A program made the position numbers and the translations under genes. Below, in pieces: positions 11,501 to 19,751 of a stretch of DNA of 64,000 nucleotides. Source of the DNA: Gemmatimonas sp. (lineage in GTDB: Bacteria; Gemmatimonadota; Gemmatimonadetes; Gemmatimonadales; Gemmatimonadaceae); the NCBI GenBank assembly GCA_965279375.1, contig OZ257156.1, positions 928,001 to 992,000 of the forward strand, given 5' to 3'. The notes under the pieces were generated by a model. The model saw only the letters and a list, made by a program, of their open reading frames with translations, was not told the DNA's origin and ran no database searches. Numbering within the stretch: the first letter of the stretch is position 1; every line of letters starts with the position of its first letter.

Positions 11501-11685
11501 TCTTCGGGAGACGCGCCGGGATACACCGCCACCGCCGTGTAGATGGGCACCGGAAAGTCCGGATCTTCCGCGCGCGGGATCGACATCCAGTTGGAGACAC
11601 CAAGCGCGGCGAACATCAGAAACAGCAGCACCGTGAACTGCCACCGCTTCACGGCAAACTCGGCGAGCCCTCCAAGCATGTTCAT
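8590..11685 (-). CDS. RND efflux transporter permease (AcrB/AcrD/AcrF family)
   Basis: 1031 aa; GASPEDME, ALGLLVDDSIVVVENI, RFLPIVLT; RND TM pattern. Confidence 0.95.
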   Translation of the reverse strand: MNMLGGLAEFAVKRWQFTVLLFLMFAALGVSNWMSIPRAEDPDFPVPIYTAVAVYPGASPEDMEQLVTEPIEKKLNALDDVKELTSTSSDGLAVIKVEFKPEVDAERKYDQVVREINALRADLPSALQRLEVLRNENSDLAVFQIALVSPATPYSQLDDIAQRFEDGLARVNGVKTAKRWAAPQREMQVTLDLGRMAVLGLTPAQVLQALGSDNTQIPGGSVDVGTRRYNIATPGRYRTAEEVTRTVITSANGRAVRVGDVASVAWGDGDAVHMGRYNGQRAMFVTVAVQKGRNVSTVKQDVWAELDRLEKTLPRGITLARGFDQSKNVDARLSRLGEDFAIAIALVLITLLPLGTRASIVVMISIPLSLALAVVMLNATGYSINQLSIVGFVIALGLLVDDSIVVVENITRFMRGGVSRRDAAIAATKQISVAVLGATATLIFAFLPLLFLPGLAGKYIRSLPIAVVYAVLASLLVSLTIIPWLASRILPETEHAEGNRVLRALDKGIHATYAPLLHRALAAPKRTLAIAASLVVASFALVPAVGFSLFPKAGTPQYHVDIETPEGTSLAETDRATRFAEKVIGAHPGTRAVFANIGKDNPAVYYNVFQRAEAPNRAQLLVLLKEYDNDKTPLTLDSLRRTLAGYPGARIEVKEFENGPPIDAPVAMRIEGTNLDTLAQLAAQYEKVFAATPGTQYVNNPVRLRRSDLRLRVDRQKAGLLGIPSAEVERTLRLGIAGLEAGKIRADNGDEYPLVVRIAHDGRPAPEALERIKVSSVSGAMVPLSQIATTTFSATPTIIDHDGRQRSVTVTSYVKSGFNTDAVTKEVLQGLDAVTLPPGYVLRPAGEIESRQESFGGIGAAIIVAVFAILAILVLEFRDFRTTMVVASVIPLGVVGGILALLFSGYTLSFTATIGFVALVGIEIKTSILLVDFTDQLRREGMSLDDAIQKAGEIRFLPIVLTTLTAIGGLLPLAFQGSGLYSPLAWVIIGGLISSTLIARLVTPVLYKLLAPELELDEAPVAVVAPTLVPA

Positions 11686-12758
11686 GGCTTGTTGCCCTCC
11701 AGCGCCATCGCGACGGACGCGTCGATCACACGCACGCGCGCACCCGGCGTGACGTACGGCGCGCCACGCGTCACCACACGCGCACGTTCGTCGAGCCCAC
11801 TCACCGCCGCGCGATCACCGATCAACTGCGCAATGCGCACCCGATGCGCCGTCGCCACGGGCTCCCGATCGTTCGACAACGTGTAGACCGTCGCCGAGTC
11901 GGCGTCGGCTTCGAGCAGCGCATCAACGGGAACCATCGCTGCACGCGTCGTGCCACGCACCGCGATCTCCACCTTGCCGACCAACCCGGCCGGCAGCGAT
12001 CCTGCGTCGCCGATCGCGATCTCGGCGGAGTACGTCCCCGTGCGCGAGTCCGCCGACTGACCGAGCAGCGACACGCGACCGCGGAACACCTTGTCGCCCA
12101 CCGCCGAGAAGCGCACCGTCGCTGCATCTCCAACGTTCACGCGCAGCGCATCACGATCGGGCAAGCCCACGCGAAGTACACGGCCGCGCGCGCCGCCGCC
12201 CAACACCAGCACCGTCGTTCCGGGAGCGATCGTGCTCCCCGGCATGCCCGAGCGCAGAAGAATCACGCCATCTTCCGGTGCCACGATGGATGCGTATTCG
12301 CGATTGACACGTGCGGACTGTGCATCGGCCTTGGCCGCATCGAGCGCCGACGTCGCGTCCTGCAGCTGCGCCAGCGTGGCCACGCTATCGGCAGCAAGAC
12401 GTCGAATGCGCGCCTGATCGCGCTCAGCCTTGTCGACGCCGACCTTGGCCTTGTCGTACGCCGCGTCGATCTCACGCAGGTCGAGCGTGGCCAGCAATTG
12501 GCCGCGTCGCACCGCCTGCCCTTCGTCCACCAGCACGCGTGCAACCACGCCGCCGATCTTGAATGCCAACGGGATTTCGTCGCGCGGGCCAAAGCTGCCG
12601 GTAGCGATCACCGGTTCGGCGACGGTGTCAGTGGTGACAACTGCAGCGGCGACCGAGAGCGGCGGCGTCGCCACTTCCGCGACGTCGGCTTTCCCGCATG
12701 CTGCGACAACAACGAGTGTAGGAGCAATCCAGCGGAGTACGATCTGCGTCTTGGTCAT
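11682..12758 (-). CDS. RND periplasmic adaptor (membrane fusion protein), lipoprotein
   Basis: Lipobox VAA-C; GGVVARVLVDEGQAVRRGQLLATLD lipoyl-like motif; IVAPEDGVI; ATGA overlap with the permease. Confidence 0.92.
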   Translation of the reverse strand: MTKTQIVLRWIAPTLVVVAACGKADVAEVATPPLSVAAAVVTTDTVAEPVIATGSFGPRDEIPLAFKIGGVVARVLVDEGQAVRRGQLLATLDLREIDAAYDKAKVGVDKAERDQARIRRLAADSVATLAQLQDATSALDAAKADAQSARVNREYASIVAPEDGVILLRSGMPGSTIAPGTTVLVLGGGARGRVLRVGLPDRDALRVNVGDAATVRFSAVGDKVFRGRVSLLGQSADSRTGTYSAEIAIGDAGSLPAGLVGKVEIAVRGTTRAAMVPVDALLEADADSATVYTLSNDREPVATAHRVRIAQLIGDRAAVSGLDERARVVTRGAPYVTPGARVRVIDASVAMALEGNKP

Positions 12759-12785
12759 CGTCGTGAGCCTCAAGTCTCTGCTGGG

Positions 12786-14195
12786 TTAGTTGGGGAGTAC
12801 GCGGAGGGCCGCAGCGCGTTCGAACTCCACGCGCCGTGATGCGAGGGTGTAGCGGGTAAGGACCTGATTGAGCGCCGCCGCGGTGAACGACGCGCGGGCG
12901 CTCAGGAATTCGACCTGTGTGGCCAAGCCTTCCGCGTAGCGACGTTCGACCAGCGTGAAGGCACGGCGCGCGGACTCGAGGCGATCGTTGGCGGAGCCGA
13001 GTGCGCTGCGTGCGGTGTTGACGGCATCGAGGGCGTTCTCGACTTGCAGTTCCACGCCACGCTCGGCTTCACGACGGCGATAGGTGGCTTCGTCGTGCGC
13101 GTACTTGGCTTGCTCGCGCCGCGCCAAGTCCTGGCCGCCGTTCAGGAGATTCCAGGAGAAGACGAGGTTGGCCTGCGCGACATCGCTGTTGCGATTGAAA
13201 CGGTACTTGTCGCCCTGCACTCCGTAGGTGGCAGACATCGCGACCGAGGGGAGGAAGTCAGCGCCGGCGATGCGCTGCTGGGCACGCGCGATGCGAATAC
13301 CGCCGTCGGCCTGCTGCAGCTCTTCGCGGTGGGACATGGCCCACGAGAGTGCGCCATCGCGGGGGAGCGTGTCCGTCGCGGTCAGCGAGCTGTCGTCGAT
13401 GATGGTGATGGGCGCATCGGCATTCTGATTGCGCAGCAGGTTGAAGCTTCGGCGTGCCGCGTCGCGCTGCCGCTTGGCGTCGGCGATCTGCTGCTGCAGG
13501 TCGCTGCGTTCGGCGCGGGCGCGCAGTACGACATCGGGCGTCGCTTGACCGGCCTGCACGAGGCGCTCACTGACGCGCTGGTTCTCGTCGAGTACCGGAA
13601 GTGTCGCTTCGAGCGTTGCGACGACGGTGCCAGCGCTGGCCACGCCAAGCCACGCCTGCTGCACGTCGGCGGCGAGTTGGCGCATGGCACCTTTGCGCGT
13701 GGCGCCGATCAGGTCGCGTTGTGCACGGGCTGCGGCCGCGGCGCCGAAGAGCGCGTCGTTGAAGATCGGCTGCACCAGCTCGAGCTTCGTTTCCTGCCGA
13801 AACGGGAGCGTCGCGTTGACGTCGGTCGGGAAGCGCTTCTCGCCGATGAGCTGGTTGAGCGCGCTGTAGGCGGGGTTGATGAAGTCGCCGATGTTCACGA
13901 CGCCGCTGAACTCCGAGTAGCGGGCGTTCACCCCGACGGAGGGCAGGAATCGGCCACGTGCTTCTCGCACGGCGGCGTCGGCACGTTGCGTGGCGGTGGT
14001 TTGCTGGGCGAGCGCGAGGTTGGCGCGCATCGCTTCGGCCACGTACCCGTCCACGACCGTTCGCGCCGTTGGCGTCGCCGTTAGCGTCGCTGGCACCGAC
14101 TGGGCGTCTGCGCGCACCGCGACCGCCGCCACGATCGGCATGGCCAGCAGCAGGTGACGAGCGCGCCATACTAACGGCGGTCGAGGAATGAACAT
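12786..14195 (-). CDS. TolC-family outer membrane efflux protein
   Basis: Signal peptide, two OEP repeats (FLPSV..., RRYAEGLATQVEFL); start placed downstream of the operator-like site. Confidence 0.9.
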   Translation of the reverse strand: MFIPRPPLVWRARHLLLAMPIVAAVAVRADAQSVPATLTATPTARTVVDGYVAEAMRANLALAQQTTATQRADAAVREARGRFLPSVGVNARYSEFSGVVNIGDFINPAYSALNQLIGEKRFPTDVNATLPFRQETKLELVQPIFNDALFGAAAAARAQRDLIGATRKGAMRQLAADVQQAWLGVASAGTVVATLEATLPVLDENQRVSERLVQAGQATPDVVLRARAERSDLQQQIADAKRQRDAARRSFNLLRNQNADAPITIIDDSSLTATDTLPRDGALSWAMSHREELQQADGGIRIARAQQRIAGADFLPSVAMSATYGVQGDKYRFNRNSDVAQANLVFSWNLLNGGQDLARREQAKYAHDEATYRRREAERGVELQVENALDAVNTARSALGSANDRLESARRAFTLVERRYAEGLATQVEFLSARASFTAAALNQVLTRYTLASRRVEFERAAALRVLPN

Positions 14196-14207
14196 GAGTA
14201 GAGTGTG

Positions 14208-14221
14208 TAACATTGTTAAGT
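14208..14221. promoter_or_regulatory. Putative TetR operator upstream of tolC
   Basis: TAACATTGTTAAGT (palindromic TAACA-T-TGTTA), similar to TAACGCTGTCAAGT upstream of tetR. Confidence 0.55.
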
Positions 14222-14282
14222 CCAGTGGCCAAAGAGAGGGCGCCGAAGCGCCCACGGGTGCTGCAAGGTTTTGAGGCGGTCG

Positions 14283-14936
14283 TCAGCTCTTCACCGCGCC
14301 TCGGATCGTTACGTCGATCAGGGTGCGGATGGTTTCAAGCGGCGGGTGCCACTCGATGTACGGATCGTCGCAGTGTGTGAGCCAGAGCGAGATGACGCCG
14401 TGGATTCCGGCCCACATCATTTGGGAGATCTCGTGCGGATTGCTCAGCTCCGGGCGGTAGCGGCCGGCGGCCAGCCCTTCCGAGACGGTTTGGAAAAGGA
14501 AGCCATAGGCGTCCTCGTCGGGCTTGTGCGTGGGGCGACCGCACTCATCCACCGGTCCATGGCGCTGTGCTGTCATGAACATGAATCGATACTGGCTTGG
14601 ATTCGCCAGTGCAAAATCTGCGTACGCCATTCCCAGCCGCTGCAGTCGCGCGACCGGATCTTCAATACGGCCGATCCGATACATCGCCTGGCCAAGCGCG
14701 GTGAAGTCGGCGATACACAGCTCCTCGATCAGCGCGTCCTTGTCCCGGAAGTGATGATAGATGGCCGTGGCCGTGTACCCGATCTTGGCCGCGATCGCCC
14801 GCATCGTCGTCGCCTCGATCCCATCCGTCACGAACAGCTCCCGCGCCGCGTCCAGGATGGCCTGGCGCGTCTCGGCTTTGAGGCGCTCGCGACGAACGAA
14901 CGACGCGGATCGAACGGCAGTAGAGGTCACGGACAT
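14283..14936 (-). CDS. TetR/AcrR family regulator (WHG-type C-terminal domain)
   Basis: RQAILDAARELF...TTMRAIAAKIGYTATAIYHHFRDKDAL HTH; WAGIHG motif. GTG 14930 is an alternative start. Confidence 0.93.
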   Translation of the reverse strand: MSVTSTAVRSASFVRRERLKAETRQAILDAARELFVTDGIEATTMRAIAAKIGYTATAIYHHFRDKDALIEELCIADFTALGQAMYRIGRIEDPVARLQRLGMAYADFALANPSQYRFMFMTAQRHGPVDECGRPTHKPDEDAYGFLFQTVSEGLAAGRYRPELSNPHEISQMMWAGIHGVISLWLTHCDDPYIEWHPPLETIRTLIDVTIRGAVKS

Positions 14937-14967
14937 AATATCGTTCGGTCGTTTAACGCTGTCAAGT
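14937..14967 (-). promoter_or_regulatory. Sigma70-like promoter of tetR overlapped by a putative operator
   Basis: Minus strand TTGACA-N17-GATATT; operator-like TAACGCTGTCAAGT at 14954-14967 covers the -35. Confidence 0.6.
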
Positions 14968-14997
14968 GAAATCGACTCGGGCGGGAGGGAGGCCCGG

Positions 14998-15348
14998 TCA
15001 GCTCTGCGCGCGGAACATGAAATAGAGCGCCCCGACCACGCAAAGCGACGCCCACAGATAGTCCAGCTTGATCGGCTGCTTCATGTAAAGAACGGCGAAA
15101 GGCACGAACACCGCCAGAGCGATCGCCTCCTGCAGGATTTTCAGCTGCGGTAGACTATACGCGGTGTACCCAATGCGATTGGCCGGCACCTGGATGGCGT
15201 ACTCGAAGAGCGCGATCGCCCAACTCGCCAAAGCGGCGACGTACCAGGGTTTGCCGCTCAGGTTCCGCAGGTGAGCGTACCACGCGAACGTCATGAAGAC
15301 GTTGGACGCAGCCAGGAGCAGGGACGTGCGAAGCAGCACACTCGACAT
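14998..15348 (-). CDS. DMT family small membrane protein (DUF486-like)
   Basis: SNVFMTFAWYAHL, SWAIALFEYAIQVPANRIG, QLKILQE motifs; start at ATG 15348. Confidence 0.88.
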   Translation of the reverse strand: MSSVLLRTSLLLAASNVFMTFAWYAHLRNLSGKPWYVAALASWAIALFEYAIQVPANRIGYTAYSLPQLKILQEAIALAVFVPFAVLYMKQPIKLDYLWASLCVVGALYFMFRAQS

Positions 15349-15469
15349 GGCGAAGCGGGACGAAGGGGTGTGCAGCATCACGGCTGCGGCAGCGACAACC
15401 ACGAATACTTCAGTCGGGCACACTGCAGGAATTGAGCGACGCCCGGGATATCTACTAGCATTCAGGAGC

Positions 15470-16126
15470 ATGATGAACGCAACCTCTCGCCGATCGTACA
15501 CCCGATCAGACACGCGATCGCTTTCACCGTCGCTTGGTGTGCCGGTGCTGCGAACCTCCGCGATGCTGGTCGCGCTACTGCTGATGCTCCCCGCACCAGT
15601 CGCCGGGCAGTCACGTCCCGTGACGCGTGCCGCGGCGAGTGGCGGTGCTGGTGGCGGCGCGTGGTCATTGCCGGAGCCCGCCGTGCTCGTCGAGCGCGTG
15701 CTCGCGCGCATCGTGTCGCAGGACAAGCCCGGCGGCGTGCCCATGAACAGCTACGCACAGCGCTTTGTCGGGCGCGATGAAACCATCGATGCCGTGCGCC
15801 GCTTCGCCGGCCGCTCCATCGATCTGCCGCCGTCGGCATTCTCTGCAGTGTCCGGCTGGACCGACGCGCGCATGGTCGCGTTTCCCAAGTGCGCCGCCGC
15901 GCAGTGTCCGCCGACAGACAACGCCGTGTGGCTGGCCGTCACCCGCATCGATCGCGGCGACTTGCCGCACGAAGTGAACGTCTGGTACACCACCAACTTC
16001 GTGGCCTATACCGAAGCTGGTGTGCAGAAAAGCGCCTACGCGTTTTGCGAGCGCTGGCTGCGCGTTGGTGGCGTCTGGCGCTACGACGGATTCATTCGCG
16101 TCAACAGCGTCGGCGTGCCGGGCTGA
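15470..16126 (+). CDS. Hypothetical secreted protein
   Basis: AGGAG RBS before ATG 15470; signal peptide ending VAG-Q; 3' end overlaps the convergent transporter by 46 bp. Confidence 0.6.
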   Translation: MMNATSRRSYTRSDTRSLSPSLGVPVLRTSAMLVALLLMLPAPVAGQSRPVTRAAASGGAGGGAWSLPEPAVLVERVLARIVSQDKPGGVPMNSYAQRFVGRDETIDAVRRFAGRSIDLPPSAFSAVSGWTDARMVAFPKCAAAQCPPTDNAVWLAVTRIDRGDLPHEVNVWYTTNFVAYTEAGVQKSAYAFCERWLRVGGVWRYDGFIRVNSVGVPG

Positions 16127-17454
16127 GTGCCCGCGGTGAGCTCGATGGGTGATTCGAGCTTCGCCTGTGACTGCTGCATCGCCGCCTGACGCCGCCCCAG
16201 CCAGATCGCGACGATCAACCAGATCGCCGACATCGGCGCGGCGATGAACGAAATGACGTTGAGGCCAAGACCCATCGCCGCCATCCAGGCGTAGCTCCAC
16301 GCCCCGATCTGATCGCCGCTGCGATACATGAACGTGTCGATGAAGTTCTTCGCCTTGTACTTGTCTTCCGGCGACACCACGGTGAAGAGCACTTCGCGCC
16401 CCGGGCTCGAGAAGGCGTAGTTCCCCGCGCGCCGCAGCACGTTGAATACCACGAACAGCCCGACGGTGGGCATGAAGCCAAGCGCCGTGAAGCCGACGAC
16501 GCTCATCACCGGCAAGATGGCCAGCGTGACCGCGACGCCCAGCCACTTGATGATGCGCCCCGTGAAGAACAGCTGCGTGACCACGGTCAGCGTCTGCACG
16601 GTGAAGTCGATCTGCGCGAGAAACGCCGTGCGCGCGCCACGATCCGCAAAGCGCGCCTTCACGATCTCGGCTTGCTGGAAGTACAGCACCGTCGTGCCGA
16701 TCGTGAAGAGCATCATGAACAGGCAGATACCCAGCAGATACGGCGACTTGAGCACATGCGTGATGAACGCGAGGTTGGTGCCGCCGATCGGACGCTTGGC
16801 GTCCTCACGCTCGCGTGTATCCGCGCGAAAGCTCGACGGGAACCGGCGCGTGCACTGCACGGCCAGCTCGATCATGCCGACCGACAGCAGCATCAGTACC
16901 GATGTGCCAACGCGCGTGGCGAGAAAGGCGGTGATCGCCGATCCGGCCATCGCCCCTACGGTGCCACCCACACTGATGAATCCGTAGAGCCGCTTGGACT
17001 GCTCGCTGCGGAAGGTGTCGGACATGAAGCCCCAGAACACCGACACCACGAACAGGTTGAAGACGCTCGTCCAGACGAAGAAAATGGACGTGATGATCTT
17101 TTCGCTGCTCGGCGGCAGCCACGTGAGCGCCGCCGCAAACGCAATCAGACACGCCGCGAAGCAGCGATAGACGATCGGAATGAAACGCCGCACCGGCACA
17201 CGCGTGACGAGCCCGGAGAACAACGGCTGCAACGCAAGCGTGGAAATCAGCGTGCCGCTGAAGAGCCACGGCAGATTCGACACGCCGGCCTGCACACCCA
17301 ACGCATCGCGTATCGAGCGCAGAATGAAGTAGCCGGCGAGCAGGAAGAAGAAGTACAGAAACGCCAGAAACGTGGCGCGCATCTCCTCCGGCTCGATCGT
17401 CACCAACCGACCGAGCAGTGAGGCCGTCCTGCCACGTTGCGTCGCAGCTGACAT
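16081..17454 (-). CDS. NTT/TLC-like (ADP/ATP carrier-type) MFS transporter
   Basis: YFILRSIRD, WTSVFNLFVVSVFWGFMSDTF..EQSKRLYGFI, PGREVLFT, KYKAKNFIDTFMYRSGD motifs; ~12 TM. Confidence 0.82.
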   Translation of the reverse strand: MSAATQRGRTASLLGRLVTIEPEEMRATFLAFLYFFFLLAGYFILRSIRDALGVQAGVSNLPWLFSGTLISTLALQPLFSGLVTRVPVRRFIPIVYRCFAACLIAFAAALTWLPPSSEKIITSIFFVWTSVFNLFVVSVFWGFMSDTFRSEQSKRLYGFISVGGTVGAMAGSAITAFLATRVGTSVLMLLSVGMIELAVQCTRRFPSSFRADTREREDAKRPIGGTNLAFITHVLKSPYLLGICLFMMLFTIGTTVLYFQQAEIVKARFADRGARTAFLAQIDFTVQTLTVVTQLFFTGRIIKWLGVAVTLAILPVMSVVGFTALGFMPTVGLFVVFNVLRRAGNYAFSSPGREVLFTVVSPEDKYKAKNFIDTFMYRSGDQIGAWSYAWMAAMGLGLNVISFIAAPMSAIWLIVAIWLGRRQAAMQQSQAKLESPIELTAGTQPGTPTLLTRMNPS

Positions 17455-18551
17455 CAGCGCCCGATCTTGGCGTGCCACGCGAGCAGCGTTTCCTTCTCCT
17501 TCTCGGGCGGCAATCCAGCCTTGAGTGTCGCCTGTCGTTCCGGCGTTTGCGCGTGGTAGTACGTCAGCGTTTCGCGTGCCGTATCTGCCAGTGGTCGGAA
17601 GGTCAGGCCGGCCGCCACCGCCTTGCTGATGTCCATGCGCGCCCAGCCAGCGCTGTCACCACGCGGCGGCATCCACACGGGAAGCTCCGCGTACGGACGC
17701 AGCTTCCGCTCCAACACGAAGTCCGCGTCCACCCAGGTGAAGGTGGCCGTACTCGACGTGACGGCTTTGCACCCATAGAGCATCTGCGCGACGGTCAGGC
17801 CGTAGCGTGGCCCCACCGCGTTGTACGTGCCGTTCGCTCCGTTCTCCACCAACCGCACCATCCACTCGGTCAGATCGCGCGCATCGATGAACGCGACGGG
17901 ATCATCCGGCGTACCGGGCGCGAGCACTTCTCCGCCCTGCTCGATGCGCACCGGCCAGTACGAAAACCGATCGGTCAGGTCACCAGGCCCCACGATGAGC
18001 CCCGGCCGCACGATCAGCGCCTTGCTGCCGAACGCATCCCGCGCTTCCTGCTCGCAGCGCACCTTGAGCTGTCCGTATGTGGCCGTCGGCCGCGCCGGAT
18101 CGGCCGGCGTGAAGCCTGCCGGCACGGCATCGTACGGCGCCGGATCGTTGAGGATGCCGGTGTTCTCCGTGATGCCGATCGCGGCGCGGGACTTGTACGT
18201 GGAGAGCGTGCTCACGAACACGTACTTGTCCGTGCTGTTCTTGAGCGCCGCACCCGCTTCACGCACCCAGCGCGGGATCTGCGTGGGATTATCGAGCACC
18301 ACATCCCACGTGCGTCCCTTGAGCGACGCGTAGCCATCGGGCGCGTTGCGATCGCCGATCAGCTTCTCGACACCGGGAAACAATCCCGGATTGGTCTGGC
18401 CGCGATTGAACAGCGTGACCTTGTGACCGCGCGACAGCGCGTACTGCACCTGATGCGGTCCGATGAATCCGGTGCCGCCAAGAATCAGAATGCGCAGCGG
18501 CTTGGGCTGCTGCGACGCTTGCTGCATTGCAGCGTTGGTCGGCTCGCTCAC
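17454..18551 (-). CDS. NAD(P)-dependent epimerase/dehydratase (extended SDR, isoflavone-reductase-like), no signal peptide
   Basis: ILILGGTGFIG, FNRG, YGQLK, VRPGLIVGPGD; GTG start overlaps the upstream stop. Confidence 0.88.
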   Translation of the reverse strand: MSEPTNAAMQQASQQPKPLRILILGGTGFIGPHQVQYALSRGHKVTLFNRGQTNPGLFPGVEKLIGDRNAPDGYASLKGRTWDVVLDNPTQIPRWVREAGAALKNSTDKYVFVSTLSTYKSRAAIGITENTGILNDPAPYDAVPAGFTPADPARPTATYGQLKVRCEQEARDAFGSKALIVRPGLIVGPGDLTDRFSYWPVRIEQGGEVLAPGTPDDPVAFIDARDLTEWMVRLVENGANGTYNAVGPRYGLTVAQMLYGCKAVTSSTATFTWVDADFVLERKLRPYAELPVWMPPRGDSAGWARMDISKAVAAGLTFRPLADTARETLTYYHAQTPERQATLKAGLPPEKEKETLLAWHAKIGR

Positions 18552-19708
18552 TTGGCCCCCTGCTTCGCATGCCACGCCGCCAGCACCGCGACTTCCTTTT
18601 CCGGCGCGATGCCGGCACGCGCCTTCTCCTGCTCGGCGGCCGGTCGGCTGTGATACCACGTCAGCGTGTCCTTCGCGGTATCCGCCAAGGGACGGAACGT
18701 CAGCCCCGCGTTCCACGCCTTGGTGCAGTCCACACGCATGAACGCATACGTCGGTCCGATCGGCGGAATCCACACGGGCATCTCACTCCACGGTCGCACC
18801 TTCTGCTCAGTCAGGAAATCCGCTGCCACCCACGTGAATCGCGCATCGCTCGTGGTCACGGCCTTGATGCCGTACAACATCTCGGAGATCGTCGTGGGCG
18901 TCTTGGGGCCGGTCGCGTTGAACGTGCCCATCGTGCGTGACTCAGCGAGACGCACAATCCACGAGCAGAGATCCTGCGCGTCGACATACTGCGCGGGATC
19001 GTCGGGCGTACCGGGGGCGAGAATCTCGCCGCCCTTGTCGATACGCACGGGCCAGTACGAAAAGCGATCGCTCAGATCACCGGGGCCAACGATCAGCCCG
19101 GGACGCACGATGGTGAGGTTGCTGCCGAACTGCGTCTTCGCTTCCTGTTCACATCGCACCTTGTTGCTGCCGTACTTCGCCGCATCGAATGGCGCATCGA
19201 TATCGCTGGGCGGATTGAGCGGACCGTTCTCGTCCATCGGCTTGGAGGTATCGCCGAACACCGAGATGGTGGAGACGAAGATGTAGTGTTTGGTGCGCCC
19301 CTTGAGCGCCTTGCCCGCATCACGCACCCACTTGGGGTTGGCCGTGGGATTGTCGATCACGACATCCCACTCACCGCTCTCGAGCGCCTTGTGTCCATCG
19401 GGCAGGTTGCGATCGCCGATCAGTCGCGGGACGTCGGGGAAGAGATCCGCATTGGTCTTGCCGCGATTGAAGAGCGTGATCTTGTGGCCACGGTCCAGCG
19501 CGTACTTGACCTGATACGGCCCGATGAAGCCGGTGCCGCCCAGAATCAGAATGCGCAGCGGTGCGACAATCTCCGCGCTCGCGTCAACGCCGTCCGAGGT
19601 GAACGTCGGTGCGGCAGAGGCCTGCGCGAACGAAGGAAGCGCGCCGAGTCCGAGCGCACCGCCAAGCAGCGCAGAGGACTTGAGGAAGGAGCGGCGATCG
19701 AGCGACAT
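18548..19708 (-). CDS. NAD(P)-dependent epimerase/dehydratase paralog with Tat signal
   Basis: MSLDRRSFLK twin-arginine leader; GGTGFIG, YGSNK, VRPGLIVGPGD; GGAG RBS. Confidence 0.88.
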   Translation of the reverse strand: MSLDRRSFLKSSALLGGALGLGALPSFAQASAAPTFTSDGVDASAEIVAPLRILILGGTGFIGPYQVKYALDRGHKITLFNRGKTNADLFPDVPRLIGDRNLPDGHKALESGEWDVVIDNPTANPKWVRDAGKALKGRTKHYIFVSTISVFGDTSKPMDENGPLNPPSDIDAPFDAAKYGSNKVRCEQEAKTQFGSNLTIVRPGLIVGPGDLSDRFSYWPVRIDKGGEILAPGTPDDPAQYVDAQDLCSWIVRLAESRTMGTFNATGPKTPTTISEMLYGIKAVTTSDARFTWVAADFLTEQKVRPWSEMPVWIPPIGPTYAFMRVDCTKAWNAGLTFRPLADTAKDTLTWYHSRPAAEQEKARAGIAPEKEVAVLAAWHAKQGAK

Positions 19709-19751
19709 GAGACGACTCCGGCAAAGAAGGAAGGATGCCGACGGCTGGCAC

